A DNA stretch of 64,000 nucleotides, taken from positions 22,224-86,223 of the IMG/VR virus record IMGVR_UViG_3300022468_000772; one strand, 5' to 3'. The notes below the pieces were generated by a model. The model was not told the origin of the DNA and did no database searches. It was given only the letters and a program-made list of their open reading frames with translations. This document shows, in pieces, positions 9,456-19,924 of this stretch. The DNA comes from a virus. Taxonomy: Duplodnaviria > Heunggongvirae > Uroviricota > Caudoviricetes. The position numbers and the translations under genes were made by a program. The first letter of the stretch is position 1, and every line of letters starts with the position of its first letter.

Positions 9456-11486
9456 TTAAAATACCACGCGAACCACTCGCGAAAACTTACCATTTACCTT
9501 CACCAACACCGAGTTACGAATTGTACTCGAAAAACCGACTCCAGACAATTGCTTTTCAGCTTTTTCTGTCTTTAGCTTAGAACCCACCATTTCCAAAGCC
9601 TTACGATGTGGTTTCAAGTCATCACGCAAGAATTCGTTATAGAATCCACGTGCTGTGTCTTCATTCGCACATCCTTCAATCATGAAGAAATAGTGTTTGT
9701 TACCAAAACTTTTTTCGTCCCAGAAGTTAGGTGAGTGCATCACCACATTCACAGGGACAAATGTGTTTGTCGCCACACCCCAAATTTGCTTGCTTGGGCC
9801 ACCAGAAACGCTACTCTTCATGACAGGTTCGACACGAATACCGTTTTTGTCTTTGATGATCTTTGCAATTTCAACAGTGGAACCATGTCCAATCACGTTA
9901 TTGGTTTCAAAGTGATGTACTTCACCAAAAAGGTCAATTTCCACTTGGAAACCAGCACCTTTAGATCGGCGTGAAAAGTTATAAACCTTCAGCGAATATG
10001 TGCCATTTTTCATACGGGAAACACGTTCATAGAAAATGTTTTCCACCGGATGATCCATCATTCCAGAACCACCGTTAGCATCCACATCCAATTTACCACC
10101 ATTACTAGAAAGACTGTGGCGTGTCATGTAGTAGATGTGTCCATCTGGTTCATACATATGGAAATCCAGATCGTCGGTATAATCCCAAGCCAAACGGCAG
10201 CACAATTCACCAGTCACGTTACCACCTGCAGCCTTGACTTTTTCCTTGATGGAATCAGTCAGATCACCAGTGTAAGACCAAGAGAAATCATTACCCCACT
10301 TGAATAGAGGGTTTGCACTTGCGTTCTGTGGAGCAATCAAGCTAACAAAGTTGCCAGCATGCTTGTTTTCCACCATGATTTCAATCGAATCTGCCTTTGG
10401 CAAAATGTCAGCAAGGAACTTTTCAATCCCGACTTCATCAACCTTATCCAACTTCTTAGGGTTGGTCTGCACAGACGCTGCGAGTTGATCGAACACATCA
10501 CCAGACATGACAGACTTTGCGTTACGGTTGGCGTACAGCACGTTGTTGATGGTAATGTCATCCAGAACCGCATATCGACGTTCCAGAGCAGAAGTCAATC
10601 CCAATTCAGTAATACTCTTCTTTGCATTTTCAATCATCTGCTTTGTCACCAAAGCAGTAGAGCGTCGATAGTTTATAGGTGCAACCATCAATTCATAGCT
10701 GCGAACTGCACTTTCCAGTTCTTCATCTTTTGATAGTGCATCCACCAGTTTACCAATGGATGTGTTGCGGAAGCCGCTAACGGAGCCCGGAATAGTTGCA
10801 ATATTTTCCCAAACATATGTAGCTTTCTTTGCAGCCGACAACTTATCCCACTTCTTCTTCATCTTCAAGAATTCGGTGACTTGGAACTTCATTTCGTCGC
10901 CACGATACAGAGAACCGTTTGCAATCAAATCCAAAACAGTATCTGCCGCATCTTCTGTCAATTCATTCAATGCACGAGTAGTGGTTTGTACAGATGTACG
11001 CACTGCACCAAGCATGGTTCCAATCTGGTCGCTACGCACAACATATTGGGCAGGAATCATCACGTGGAAGTGATCCCACTGAGCAGCACCACCACCGACC
11101 ATGGCAGAGAAATTCTTTTCTGTACCCGCAGAACGTTCGTAATGCAAGAATTTGTCGGTGACTGGTTTGCTCTTCACGTAAGATGCCAATGCATCTGCTA
11201 CGACTTGGTAAGCAGGTTCACCGGCTACAACACAATCCCAGATGGTTTCAACAACACCGTCTTTAACGGTTACTACGTTACCCACAGCACGAATGAACTG
11301 CTTGCAGCAATTGCAATCATGTTCGGTGCGATTTTTGTAGATTGGGTTGGTACCGTCTGGGAATGCGCCCAAATAGGTATCCCAGATTTCAGTTTTATCT
11401 GTGGCGGTGACAAACAAGTTGCCTGTCTTAGCCATCTTGTCAAATTGCTTTTGTACCGCATTGCGGAACTTTTTAAAATCCATCAT
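9456..11486 (-). CDS. 676-aa hypothetical protein; HDCNCC metal motif and YfaP/DUF2135-like C-terminal region
   Basis: EHDCNCCKQFIR; DDLDFHMYEPDG and GKLDVDAN...ENIF motifs. Confidence 0.6.
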   Translation of the reverse strand: MMDFKKFRNAVQKQFDKMAKTGNLFVTATDKTEIWDTYLGAFPDGTNPIYKNRTEHDCNCCKQFIRAVGNVVTVKDGVVETIWDCVVAGEPAYQVVADALASYVKSKPVTDKFLHYERSAGTEKNFSAMVGGGAAQWDHFHVMIPAQYVVRSDQIGTMLGAVRTSVQTTTRALNELTEDAADTVLDLIANGSLYRGDEMKFQVTEFLKMKKKWDKLSAAKKATYVWENIATIPGSVSGFRNTSIGKLVDALSKDEELESAVRSYELMVAPINYRRSTALVTKQMIENAKKSITELGLTSALERRYAVLDDITINNVLYANRNAKSVMSGDVFDQLAASVQTNPKKLDKVDEVGIEKFLADILPKADSIEIMVENKHAGNFVSLIAPQNASANPLFKWGNDFSWSYTGDLTDSIKEKVKAAGGNVTGELCCRLAWDYTDDLDFHMYEPDGHIYYMTRHSLSSNGGKLDVDANGGSGMMDHPVENIFYERVSRMKNGTYSLKVYNFSRRSKGAGFQVEIDLFGEVHHFETNNVIGHGSTVEIAKIIKDKNGIRVEPVMKSSVSGGPSKQIWGVATNTFVPVNVVMHSPNFWDEKSFGNKHYFFMIEGCANEDTARGFYNEFLRDDLKPHRKALEMVGSKLKTEKAEKQLSGVGFSSTIRNSVLVKVNGKFSRVVRVVF

Positions 11487-11562
11487 AAAATTTACCTTTC
11501 AAGTTTCGGAGATTTGTATTATATCATGGCTTAGTAACCACGAATCTAATTTTTAAAGACTG

Positions 11563-12369
11563 TCAAATAAAAAGAAACTTCACACGCTGCTCTTCAGTCA
11601 CTGCTTCCAGCTTTTCTGCAGCCAGTTCCACGTTTTCAACACGTGTGCGTACCGTCATATTGTTTGGATCGGGCCGAAATTTCTCTGGAATGTTTGCCAA
11701 TTCTGCATCAGACAATTTTACCATAGAAGTGACACGCCGAGCAAAAATACCTTGCTTAAAGTGAGTTGGATAGTCATTCCACTCGATATCTTTTTCTCTC
11801 AGCATCTTCAGCTTTGTGTTATGCCCTTTACCCTGCAGTTCTTTGTGACTGTAGTATGTACTTGCAGCCATAGTCACCGAATTGCGGATTGCGTCTGTTT
11901 CTCGCCACATCAAATTTTCTGCAGCCAGTTCTAATGACTCGTATTGCATTACACGTGCGTCAAATGTGGGCGTTAGTTCCCACTTGTCTTCAGGCAAATT
12001 GCGCACCGATTGTTTGAAAAATTCAACAGATGCAAATGCTGCAAAGCTGGACAAAATCTTGGAGACTTTGCCACCAAAGATCATTTGTGTGTTTGTGTCG
12101 AGTGTTTGGTTGGCAAACGCCAGCGTAATTTCATCGGATTGGGTATAGCCCACAGTTGGATGGAATTCTTTCACCAGCGCCTTCATAGTGGCTTCCATGG
12201 CGCGACTCATACCCGCATCATATGGTCGAGCAAGACCACGTGTATATGTGTGAAACGAGCGACCATCAAGGCGCACGACAAATGGTAAACCCTCTTTCAG
12301 AGTCTCCTGAAAGAGTTTTTCAAATGCCTTGTGCTTATCGCCAAGGGCTTCAAAATCAGTTGGATTCAT
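11563..12369 (-). CDS. thg1: tRNA-His guanylyltransferase (Thg1-like 3'-5' polymerase)
   Basis: VVRLDGRSFHTYT, GYTQSDEITL, FGGKVSK, FDARV, WRETDAIRNS. Confidence 0.92.
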   Translation of the reverse strand: MNPTDFEALGDKHKAFEKLFQETLKEGLPFVVRLDGRSFHTYTRGLARPYDAGMSRAMEATMKALVKEFHPTVGYTQSDEITLAFANQTLDTNTQMIFGGKVSKILSSFAAFASVEFFKQSVRNLPEDKWELTPTFDARVMQYESLELAAENLMWRETDAIRNSVTMAASTYYSHKELQGKGHNTKLKMLREKDIEWNDYPTHFKQGIFARRVTSMVKLSDAELANIPEKFRPDPNNMTVRTRVENVELAAEKLEAVTEEQRVKFLFI

Positions 12370-12858
12370 TTACTTTACCTTTACAAGAACACGAAGGTGC
12401 AGAGCTTGAATGTTGTAGCCACCTGCACGGATGGTTTCGATTGTAACACACTTATTACCCGCATCGGTGTGAACAATGAAAATACCGTTGAAACCGTCGC
12501 GACTGTGGGTGAATTCTTCGCTGATCACTTCTTTGACACCAGCTTTTGCCAACTTTGTAGCAATGCTTGCGTTACGCTTATCAGCGATTGCCTTGCAGTT
12601 CTTTACAACAAACTCTTCGATTTGTGTAGCACTGCTGCGGGAAAAGAGGGTGTACCAAGTCTTGCCACCGGCAATGGCAAAGAGTTTGTCGTAAACACCA
12701 CCCCATGCACCTTTCTTGTTTAGCTCTGTGTACTCTTCTGTTTGCTTGAATTCCTTCAGAGCCTGTACACGACCAATAGCCCACTGCTTAGAGGATTGCA
12801 GAACTTCAGCATCCAGATCAGCAAAGAGTTCATTCAGTTTTGCGGAGAGTTGAATCAT
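12370..12858 (-). CDS. Hypothetical early protein (start MIQL)
   Basis: Repeat promoter-leader and GAGG RBS immediately upstream. Confidence 0.7.
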   Translation of the reverse strand: MIQLSAKLNELFADLDAEVLQSSKQWAIGRVQALKEFKQTEEYTELNKKGAWGGVYDKLFAIAGGKTWYTLFSRSSATQIEEFVVKNCKAIADKRNASIATKLAKAGVKEVISEEFTHSRDGFNGIFIVHTDAGNKCVTIETIRAGGYNIQALHLRVLVKVK

Positions 12859-12936
12859 TTGGAGCCTCTTTTGTGTTTCGATGGATGAATTATAACACAA
12901 CTTTCCATTAAATAGAGAAAGTTTAGAGGAAAAAAT

Positions 12937-13554
12937 ATGAATGTCACAGAAGCAGTTGTTTTAGTTGTAGAACAAGAAAATTTTAAAAAGTGGTTTGGTA
13001 AATCTACATTACACCAAGATGGTAAACCACACACTTTTTATCACGGAACATCATCCGATTTCTCAGAATTTAAATCTGGCACAGGTAATCAGTGGGGTAA
13101 AGGTCTATATTTTATTCGATCCCCAAAAATTGCCAGTGATTATGCATCTGGTACAACCTCTGGGTCGCATGCACGTATAGCACCTTCTGGAAATGCTGCT
13201 CCTAATGTAGTTCCCGTGCATCTAAGAATGGAAAAACCTTTCGTAATGGATGCACCATTAGAGGCATCGACTGTTACGAAAGTAAAAAAACACTTAGGTG
13301 ATGGTGGTAAAGATTTAAAAGATCATCTATGGCAGGGTATGAAGAATAGGGATTTACACCAAGTTTTACACCAGCAGTTTCTACCCAATGTAGATGCTGC
13401 TAATGACGTTATACAAAAATCTGGCTTTGATGGTATTAAAGAAAAACATGATGACTCTATTCATATGGTTTTTCACCCAAATCAAGTCAAATCAGCAATT
13501 GGAAATAATGGCAACTATTCAAAAACATCAAACAACATTAATGAGTCTATCTAA
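12937..13554 (+). CDS. ADP-ribosyltransferase-like protein (ART-PolyVal-like)
   Basis: FKKWFGKS...FYHGT...GKGLYF...VVPVHL...GFDGI...VFHPNQVKSA.GNNG. Confidence 0.7.
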   Translation: MNVTEAVVLVVEQENFKKWFGKSTLHQDGKPHTFYHGTSSDFSEFKSGTGNQWGKGLYFIRSPKIASDYASGTTSGSHARIAPSGNAAPNVVPVHLRMEKPFVMDAPLEASTVTKVKKHLGDGGKDLKDHLWQGMKNRDLHQVLHQQFLPNVDAANDVIQKSGFDGIKEKHDDSIHMVFHPNQVKSAIGNNGNYSKTSNNINESI

Positions 13555-14054
13555 TGTCAATTCAACAAGATTACAACTCACTAAAAACGAATGCGTTTAA
13601 CTTTGTGTTGTCTCGCATACCAGAGACTGCATTTAGGGTTCAGGCATGCAATTTGCCTTCTGTGTACATTCCGACACCGGAGGAAAATCCGCCCGGCATC
13701 CTGCAATCGTGGTCTGGTACCGACAGTCGATTTGAGGAACTTACCATCAAATTCATTGTTGATGAAAATTTACGCAACTATCGTGAACTTTACAACTGGA
13801 TAACCATGCAGCGATATGCAGCACGTACCAACGAAGTTGCTCCCCAATTTCTGGAATCAGAACTGTATAGTGACGGTGCTTTGATTACTCTGACGAATGC
13901 AAGTAATCCAAACATTGTATTTTCATTCAAAAACCTTTTTCCAATTAGCATCAGCGAATTATCTTTTGACACTACAACACCGGTATCTCAAATAACGTGT
14001 CAAGTCGTTTTCAGATACTCATATTTCACCATGGGTGAAGAAGTTGCTGGTTAA
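13554..14054 (+). CDS. gp3: Tail completion / sheath terminator protein
   Basis: FEELTIKFIVDENLRNYRELYNWI, YSDGAL, FKNLFPISISEL.FD. Confidence 0.9.
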   Translation: MSIQQDYNSLKTNAFNFVLSRIPETAFRVQACNLPSVYIPTPEENPPGILQSWSGTDSRFEELTIKFIVDENLRNYRELYNWITMQRYAARTNEVAPQFLESELYSDGALITLTNASNPNIVFSFKNLFPISISELSFDTTTPVSQITCQVVFRYSYFTMGEEVAG

Positions 14055-14062
14055 ATACCTTA

Positions 14063-14686
14063 ATGATTAAACAAAAAGTTAAAGCCCAACCACATTCAAT
14101 TTTAGACCTAGTTCGTCAAGACCCTAGGTTTAATCAGACACGTTCTGTGGATTGGTTTAAGCAGAAAATTACACAATTGGGTGGTAACTCACCATCCGCA
14201 AAAACTGATCTGTTGGCAGAGACAAAGCATTTGCAGACGCAGATGTTTTTGCCGGGCGCGATGCACATGTTCGCCTACGATCCAAAATACAAAGAAGAAT
14301 TACCTTTCTACGATAAGTTTCCTTTGGCCCTGATTTTCAGCGTCGAAGGTGATTTAGTTCGCGGTATTAACTTTCACTATCTACCCTACGTTCTGAGAGC
14401 TAGACTTTTTGACAAGATGTGGCAGATCGCATCGAAGTATCACAACAACAAACAACAGGTCATGCGTCTTAACTGGAAACTGCTTGGTAATATTTCCAAG
14501 TTCCCAGAGGTTCAACCTGCTGTTAAAAGCTACCTGTATAGTCATGTTCGCTCACGGATTATTAAGGTACCAGTCGAAGATTGGAAAACTGCAATCTTCT
14601 TACCTACAGAGACTTTTGCTAAAAAATCGCAGGCTTATGTTGCACGTGATTCTGGTCAGCAAATTCGCAGACTCACTAACCGTTAA
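14063..14686 (+). CDS. gp2: DNA end protector protein
   Basis: FAYDPKYKEELPFYDKFPL, GINFHYLPY.LR, VKSYL.SHVRSR. Confidence 0.9.
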   Translation: MIKQKVKAQPHSILDLVRQDPRFNQTRSVDWFKQKITQLGGNSPSAKTDLLAETKHLQTQMFLPGAMHMFAYDPKYKEELPFYDKFPLALIFSVEGDLVRGINFHYLPYVLRARLFDKMWQIASKYHNNKQQVMRLNWKLLGNISKFPEVQPAVKSYLYSHVRSRIIKVPVEDWKTAIFLPTETFAKKSQAYVARDSGQQIRRLTNR

Positions 14687-14712
14687 ATATAGACTTTCAG
14701 GGAACAAATAAA

Positions 14713-15411
14713 ATGGGAACAGCATACCTAACAGAACTCAATTCACTCATTTCAGGTGAAGATCAAGTAAACAACTGGCTTCAAGTAGCCAACGGTGCAT
14801 CAGCGTATCAATACGTGCGCGGCGCTGTTTTGGGTGATACCACTACATATGGTGCTATTAACGGCTCCAATGGCGTTTTAATCGGTACTGCAGGTGCTGC
14901 CGGTGACTATCTTGCCCAACTGACTGCTATCGTCGCTACGTCTGCACAATCACGAATTGCACTTCAGGATGTTGCTTCAGTGTCTTACACATCGTCAGGT
15001 ACAGGAACTGCATTTACTTCGGCAACTGCAATCAACTTTGGTGTTACCGCAGCACAAACAACTGCTCAACTGGCTGCTATGGTTGGGCAATTTTTGATCT
15101 GCACTGCAACAGTTTCTGGTGTGAGTGTTTTGGTTGCACGGAAAATTACTGCCGCAGTTGCGGGGCCAGGTACAACTCCCAACTTTAACGTGACACTGAC
15201 TGTTGATACTCTTACCGTTAATGGTGTTGCTGCTACCGCAATCGACACAACTGCAGGTAGAGCATTTATCAGCCCATTGATTGAAATTCTGCCAGCGTCT
15301 GCACCAGTCGGGCCTATCACCATCCCACTAAACATCAAATCCAAATATGCTGGTTTCCGTGTTTTTGCTGACTCTGGCGTGTCTGTTATCGCAACTGGAA
15401 GATTCGCCTAA
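14713..15411 (+). CDS. Ala/Thr/Gly-rich hypothetical, probably virion-associated
   Basis: Late-promoter-like TAAATA upstream; beta-rich composition. Confidence 0.55.
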   Translation: MGTAYLTELNSLISGEDQVNNWLQVANGASAYQYVRGAVLGDTTTYGAINGSNGVLIGTAGAAGDYLAQLTAIVATSAQSRIALQDVASVSYTSSGTGTAFTSATAINFGVTAAQTTAQLAAMVGQFLICTATVSGVSVLVARKITAAVAGPGTTPNFNVTLTVDTLTVNGVAATAIDTTAGRAFISPLIEILPASAPVGPITIPLNIKSKYAGFRVFADSGVSVIATGRFA

Positions 15412-17621
15412 TGCCTAAATTAACAGCAGCTAACGGGATTTTATATCTCGATGGTGATGTATGTGATCATATTGGTTTCAACTACTATTCCGCAATGGAA
15501 AAGGAGTGGTCTAATCTCGCATATGACAATGGATACAGATATAAGGAAGATTTTCCAATTCTGAAAAATCGCGGAATCAAGATCGTCAAAACCATGATGA
15601 CGCCATTTGATTCCAGTACATATACCAGTGTTGTTGGTAACTCACTTACTGCTGTTAATGCTAACTATTACTTAGGAACAGTAAATGGTTCCTATCCTGC
15701 ATACAGTTACTACAATGGTGTTGATAAATTTTTAGAAACTGCACTTGATAATGATGTTGGTGTCATTCTGACGTTCAACTGGTTCTATAAAACTATTGCT
15801 GACATTTTCGATGCCGGTAATTATTCTAAGTGGAATGATCCAAATTCTAATTCACGAATTCATTTCAGAATGTTCATGAATGATTTTGTGACTCGTTACA
15901 CAACAGGTTCAAAGGCAAACTTGGGTGAAGCAATTGCTGGATGGTCATTCACCAATGAAGCAGAAGTTATTTTTAATAATTCATCGACATCATCAACTTC
16001 ATCAGATATCAACTTAGAAGGTTATCTTGGTATATTGTCTGATGCCAAGAAAATTGTAAAATCACTCGATCCATATGCCCGTATTGTTTGTGCGCAAACA
16101 ACTGCGCCTATTGTAAATGCTCGTCAAAAAGATGTTAATTCTGTAAGTTCAATTTTGGCTCGTTATTATGGAAGAATCCATGAAGTTGCAGATGTTGTAG
16201 AATTACATACATACCCTGATAATAAGTTCATGGGTGTGACTGATTTTGTTGAAAACAAGTACCCCTACAGAATGGGCGCTGTTGCTGGTTTTGAAAGTTT
16301 CTTAAAAGAAGCAGTTCGATATGCAGCTAGTATCAGGAAACCACTATTCCTTGGTGAATTTGGTGTGTCTCAAAGATTCAATGCAGAAAATTCAGATGTA
16401 TCTCCACTAGCGGTTACTGTTTCCAGTGTTGCTTCAGGAGTTTCTGTAATACCTTGCTCGAACACTACTGGAATTTCAGTAGGTATGATTGTTTCATCGT
16501 CAAACACTACAAATGGTACTGCTGTGTCTGGTGGAACAGTTATCACTGCCGTTGTTCCTAACACATCATTCACGATAGCACCCGCAGCAAAAACAACCAC
16601 ACCGACAACACTTTATGTCTATCAAAGTTCGGATACAGAAGAAAGAATGTTTTCTTCCATGGTGGATTCAATAAAGAAAGCTGGTGTTCAACTTTCCCTT
16701 TGCTGGAATTGGAATGAGAGCAAATATGTCTCTTCTCAGAACGTTTGGTCAGTATATCCAAATATTGATAGTGCTAGAAACTATCCGACTGGCAATGCAT
16801 ATCACAACACACGATATAAACAGATCGACATTATTGAGCAAGCAAACAAAACTTCACTGATTGGATCACCATACTCAAATCGGCTGCCTTCGCCACCTAA
16901 TAGCTTTTTGAGACTTCGTAGGCAAAGCGGATTTTTCCCATGTGTCGGTTTGACTGATGTGGCTAAACTACCAAACTTTTGGTCTAGGTTTTCTGCAAAT
17001 GGTGGAGACTTCACAATCAGTTTTTGGTTCAGACCTAATTCAATTTCAACCAGTTTCCCAACAATTTGGAGATATGGTAATGATGGTATCAATCAAATAA
17101 TACTTGCTCAACAACCATTAACAGGTTCTGTTTTACCTAATATCTATGCTGAAGGTAAAACTGCTAGTTCTACAACATTATCGACTGCCGGTATGAACAG
17201 AGGATTGGTTCAGTATGAGTGGCAGCACATGATCATTTCTGTTAAGACACATGCTGTAAATAAAAAGCAAACTAAGGTTTATTCACAGGGTGTTTTAGTT
17301 TCTCACTCACCATTGGGGAATTACACATTTGGACAACCAAATTCATCATCTACACAGGTATGGACAATTGGTACAGGTGGAAACATTGCTAGTAGCATTG
17401 CTGATACAAACTTTGATATGGCTAACTTAAATATTTTTGGTCGAGCAGTCACAGAAAGTGAAGCATATGACATTTATAACGGAGTCGTCCCGACTGATGT
17501 TATTGCGAGTTATCCTTTTGACGATACCAATACATATAATGATATTTCTGGGAATCAATTCCATTTAGCAACAGGCGCAAATTCTCAGATCGTTACTGCA
17601 CCAATTAAGACACAAAGATGA
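15411..17621 (+). CDS. GH5-like (clan GH-A) glycoside hydrolase fused to a LamG/ConA-like domain
   Basis: GFNYY, WSFTNEAE (acid/base), VELHTYP, PLFLGEFG (nucleophile); C-terminal FTISFWFRP, WQHM. Confidence 0.8.
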   Translation: MPKLTAANGILYLDGDVCDHIGFNYYSAMEKEWSNLAYDNGYRYKEDFPILKNRGIKIVKTMMTPFDSSTYTSVVGNSLTAVNANYYLGTVNGSYPAYSYYNGVDKFLETALDNDVGVILTFNWFYKTIADIFDAGNYSKWNDPNSNSRIHFRMFMNDFVTRYTTGSKANLGEAIAGWSFTNEAEVIFNNSSTSSTSSDINLEGYLGILSDAKKIVKSLDPYARIVCAQTTAPIVNARQKDVNSVSSILARYYGRIHEVADVVELHTYPDNKFMGVTDFVENKYPYRMGAVAGFESFLKEAVRYAASIRKPLFLGEFGVSQRFNAENSDVSPLAVTVSSVASGVSVIPCSNTTGISVGMIVSSSNTTNGTAVSGGTVITAVVPNTSFTIAPAAKTTTPTTLYVYQSSDTEERMFSSMVDSIKKAGVQLSLCWNWNESKYVSSQNVWSVYPNIDSARNYPTGNAYHNTRYKQIDIIEQANKTSLIGSPYSNRLPSPPNSFLRLRRQSGFFPCVGLTDVAKLPNFWSRFSANGGDFTISFWFRPNSISTSFPTIWRYGNDGINQIILAQQPLTGSVLPNIYAEGKTASSTTLSTAGMNRGLVQYEWQHMIISVKTHAVNKKQTKVYSQGVLVSHSPLGNYTFGQPNSSSTQVWTIGTGGNIASSIADTNFDMANLNIFGRAVTESEAYDIYNGVVPTDVIASYPFDDTNTYNDISGNQFHLATGANSQIVTAPIKTQR

Positions 17622-19909
17622 CAAGTTACTATATCGATGCTATCAACGGAAATAACTCAAATGATGGGTTAACTACAGCAACACCCAAAAAAGGTATTGG
17701 TCGCAGTATTGGAGATGACTACTATGAATATAGAAATGGTGGGTGGGAACTTACACCCACCATTTCGCGAGAAACAAATATGTTGACAGTTTCGGAGAAA
17801 AAGAACTCACCATATACTGTAATCTCATTATATTATTCTGAGTGGCAAACACCAGGCCAGAGCTATAACAAAACACCTTGGAATTGGTTTACTCGGGATG
17901 ATCTTGATGAAAGATACCCTCTGTTTGCTAAGACAAAAGACTATAAACCATTTTTGTATGACTTTTCTAATGAAAGAATCAGAAATTATGCCACAACAAG
18001 TAGTTCTACACTAACATCAACTGGTAGAACATTGATTCAAACTGCAACTGGTGCAGACCCTATTTTCTATCCAAATTTTCCTGTTTTTGACGGATCACAA
18101 TTTAGATATGTTCGTATATCTTTGCGACGTATTGCTGGTTCAGCTTGGGATGGTGCAGTTTATTACACTACATCTGGACATAGTTGGTCTGCATCATACA
18201 TGAAAACCAATTCGCAGCCAGTGTGGAATGCTAATGGTATGACCACATTTACTGCCGATATGCATTCTCTTACTGCAGGTGGTACAGATTGGGCAACAAA
18301 CAAAATTACTGGATTGCGATTAGACTTTGGTGCAAGTGTATCAGATGTTTTTGAAATTGCATCTGTTGAACTACTCACACCAACCGGTCAATCATATGTA
18401 GTTGAAATGACCGAACATGATCCTAATCAAGCTGGTTCTTTTGCACGTGAACAAAAAGTCGCATATAGCTATGGTATTGATGTATTTTCTTCTTGCTACT
18501 ATTGGGATGGCACAAAAAACTTCGCTGATTCATCGTTCAAAATGTTTGCAAACCACCCAGAGCGAAATCGACCAAAATTCTGTATTATGTGGGCAATCAC
18601 ATCATCCGCAAATCCTATTTCTGGGCCATTTGGTACTGTGAACAATGTACCAAATTTGACTGGATGGTATTCTTTGTTGGATGATTGGTATGAAATTTGG
18701 AAATCAGACAAATACTGGTTCAAAGGTGGTAAGCCTGTTGTTATGGCCTTTACTGCTGGTAACATTAGAGTCTCTGCCGCATGTAACTATGGATTTTTGA
18801 CATCTAAAGTTGTGTCAACACATACCGCAGGAACAAATATTGTTTCCTTACCTGATGTGACTGGTGTTACTGTGAACAACCGGGTTACAGGTACTGGTAT
18901 TAACACTGTTGGTGATGATATCTTTATCACTGCTATCAATGGTAATAACATAACGCTATCCAAGTCGATTTCTACCAGTCTCACAGGGGTAACTATCTCC
19001 ATCAGAAATGCAGCTACTGTGTCGGCAACCACACAGCTTTTAGCTGCTTTGGATGCATATGTAATTGCAAAACCAAATAGTATTGCTCCAAATGGTATTC
19101 ACTGGACAGCTATGAATGATAACACAGATCATCCAGATTATTTTGGTAAGGTTTCTGGAAACACTGAGGCATATCTGAAGACAATTGGTTTTAGTTCCAC
19201 TGGAACATATAACTTCTTTGATGGTTATGTAGGCCAAATACAATTCGGAACTGGTGGTCGGTCATCTGGTACAACTGCTGGATATAACTTCAAAGCCAAT
19301 TATATTGCTGCCGGTAAAGACCCAAATACATATGCATATCAAATGGATTTGTATGATAGCACACTCACTTATGCAGCAAACTCAGGAACTACAATTCCTT
19401 ATTTTGCATCTGTTATGGCGGGTTGGGAAAAGACACCTTGGACATTCTATGCATCAATTGTTTACATATCAAATGTAACTTGGTTGAATGGTGTGGCAAC
19501 AGTGTCAACATCAACCTCACATGGTTTTGTTACCGGTGACAAAGTAAGTCTAAAAGACATTTTGACAAATGGCTATACAGTTGACAACGGTTACAATAAA
19601 AAGCGTGTTTCTGTTACTGTATTAAATACTACACAGTTCACCTTCACATGCGAAAATTTTGGTGATTATGTTAGTGGTGGTGTATGTGTCAAAGACCCAG
19701 ATTCTTCACACAGAGCAGCAACCATTAAAGAATTCAGGGAACACTTGGTTCGCACCAAAACAATCATGGATGCAGCACCAGCAACAGGTACAGACAAGAC
19801 CATCATGATCTATGCTTGGAATGAATTTGGTGAAGGTGGATTTATATGTCCAACTCGTAAGTACGGATATAAGATGCTTGAAGCTATCAAGACAACATTT
19901 AATAAATAA
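17618..19909 (+). CDS. GH99/WbsX-like glycoside hydrolase domain protein with inserted beta modules
   Basis: EQKVAYSYGIDVF..CYYW, PKFCIMWA, GGKPVV, SVMAGWEKTPW, IMIYAWNEFGEGG.I.PT. Confidence 0.7.
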   Translation: MTSYYIDAINGNNSNDGLTTATPKKGIGRSIGDDYYEYRNGGWELTPTISRETNMLTVSEKKNSPYTVISLYYSEWQTPGQSYNKTPWNWFTRDDLDERYPLFAKTKDYKPFLYDFSNERIRNYATTSSSTLTSTGRTLIQTATGADPIFYPNFPVFDGSQFRYVRISLRRIAGSAWDGAVYYTTSGHSWSASYMKTNSQPVWNANGMTTFTADMHSLTAGGTDWATNKITGLRLDFGASVSDVFEIASVELLTPTGQSYVVEMTEHDPNQAGSFAREQKVAYSYGIDVFSSCYYWDGTKNFADSSFKMFANHPERNRPKFCIMWAITSSANPISGPFGTVNNVPNLTGWYSLLDDWYEIWKSDKYWFKGGKPVVMAFTAGNIRVSAACNYGFLTSKVVSTHTAGTNIVSLPDVTGVTVNNRVTGTGINTVGDDIFITAINGNNITLSKSISTSLTGVTISIRNAATVSATTQLLAALDAYVIAKPNSIAPNGIHWTAMNDNTDHPDYFGKVSGNTEAYLKTIGFSSTGTYNFFDGYVGQIQFGTGGRSSGTTAGYNFKANYIAAGKDPNTYAYQMDLYDSTLTYAANSGTTIPYFASVMAGWEKTPWTFYASIVYISNVTWLNGVATVSTSTSHGFVTGDKVSLKDILTNGYTVDNGYNKKRVSVTVLNTTQFTFTCENFGDYVSGGVCVKDPDSSHRAATIKEFREHLVRTKTIMDAAPATGTDKTIMIYAWNEFGEGGFICPTRKYGYKMLEAIKTTFNK

Positions 19910-19924
19910 CAGGGAACAAATAAA

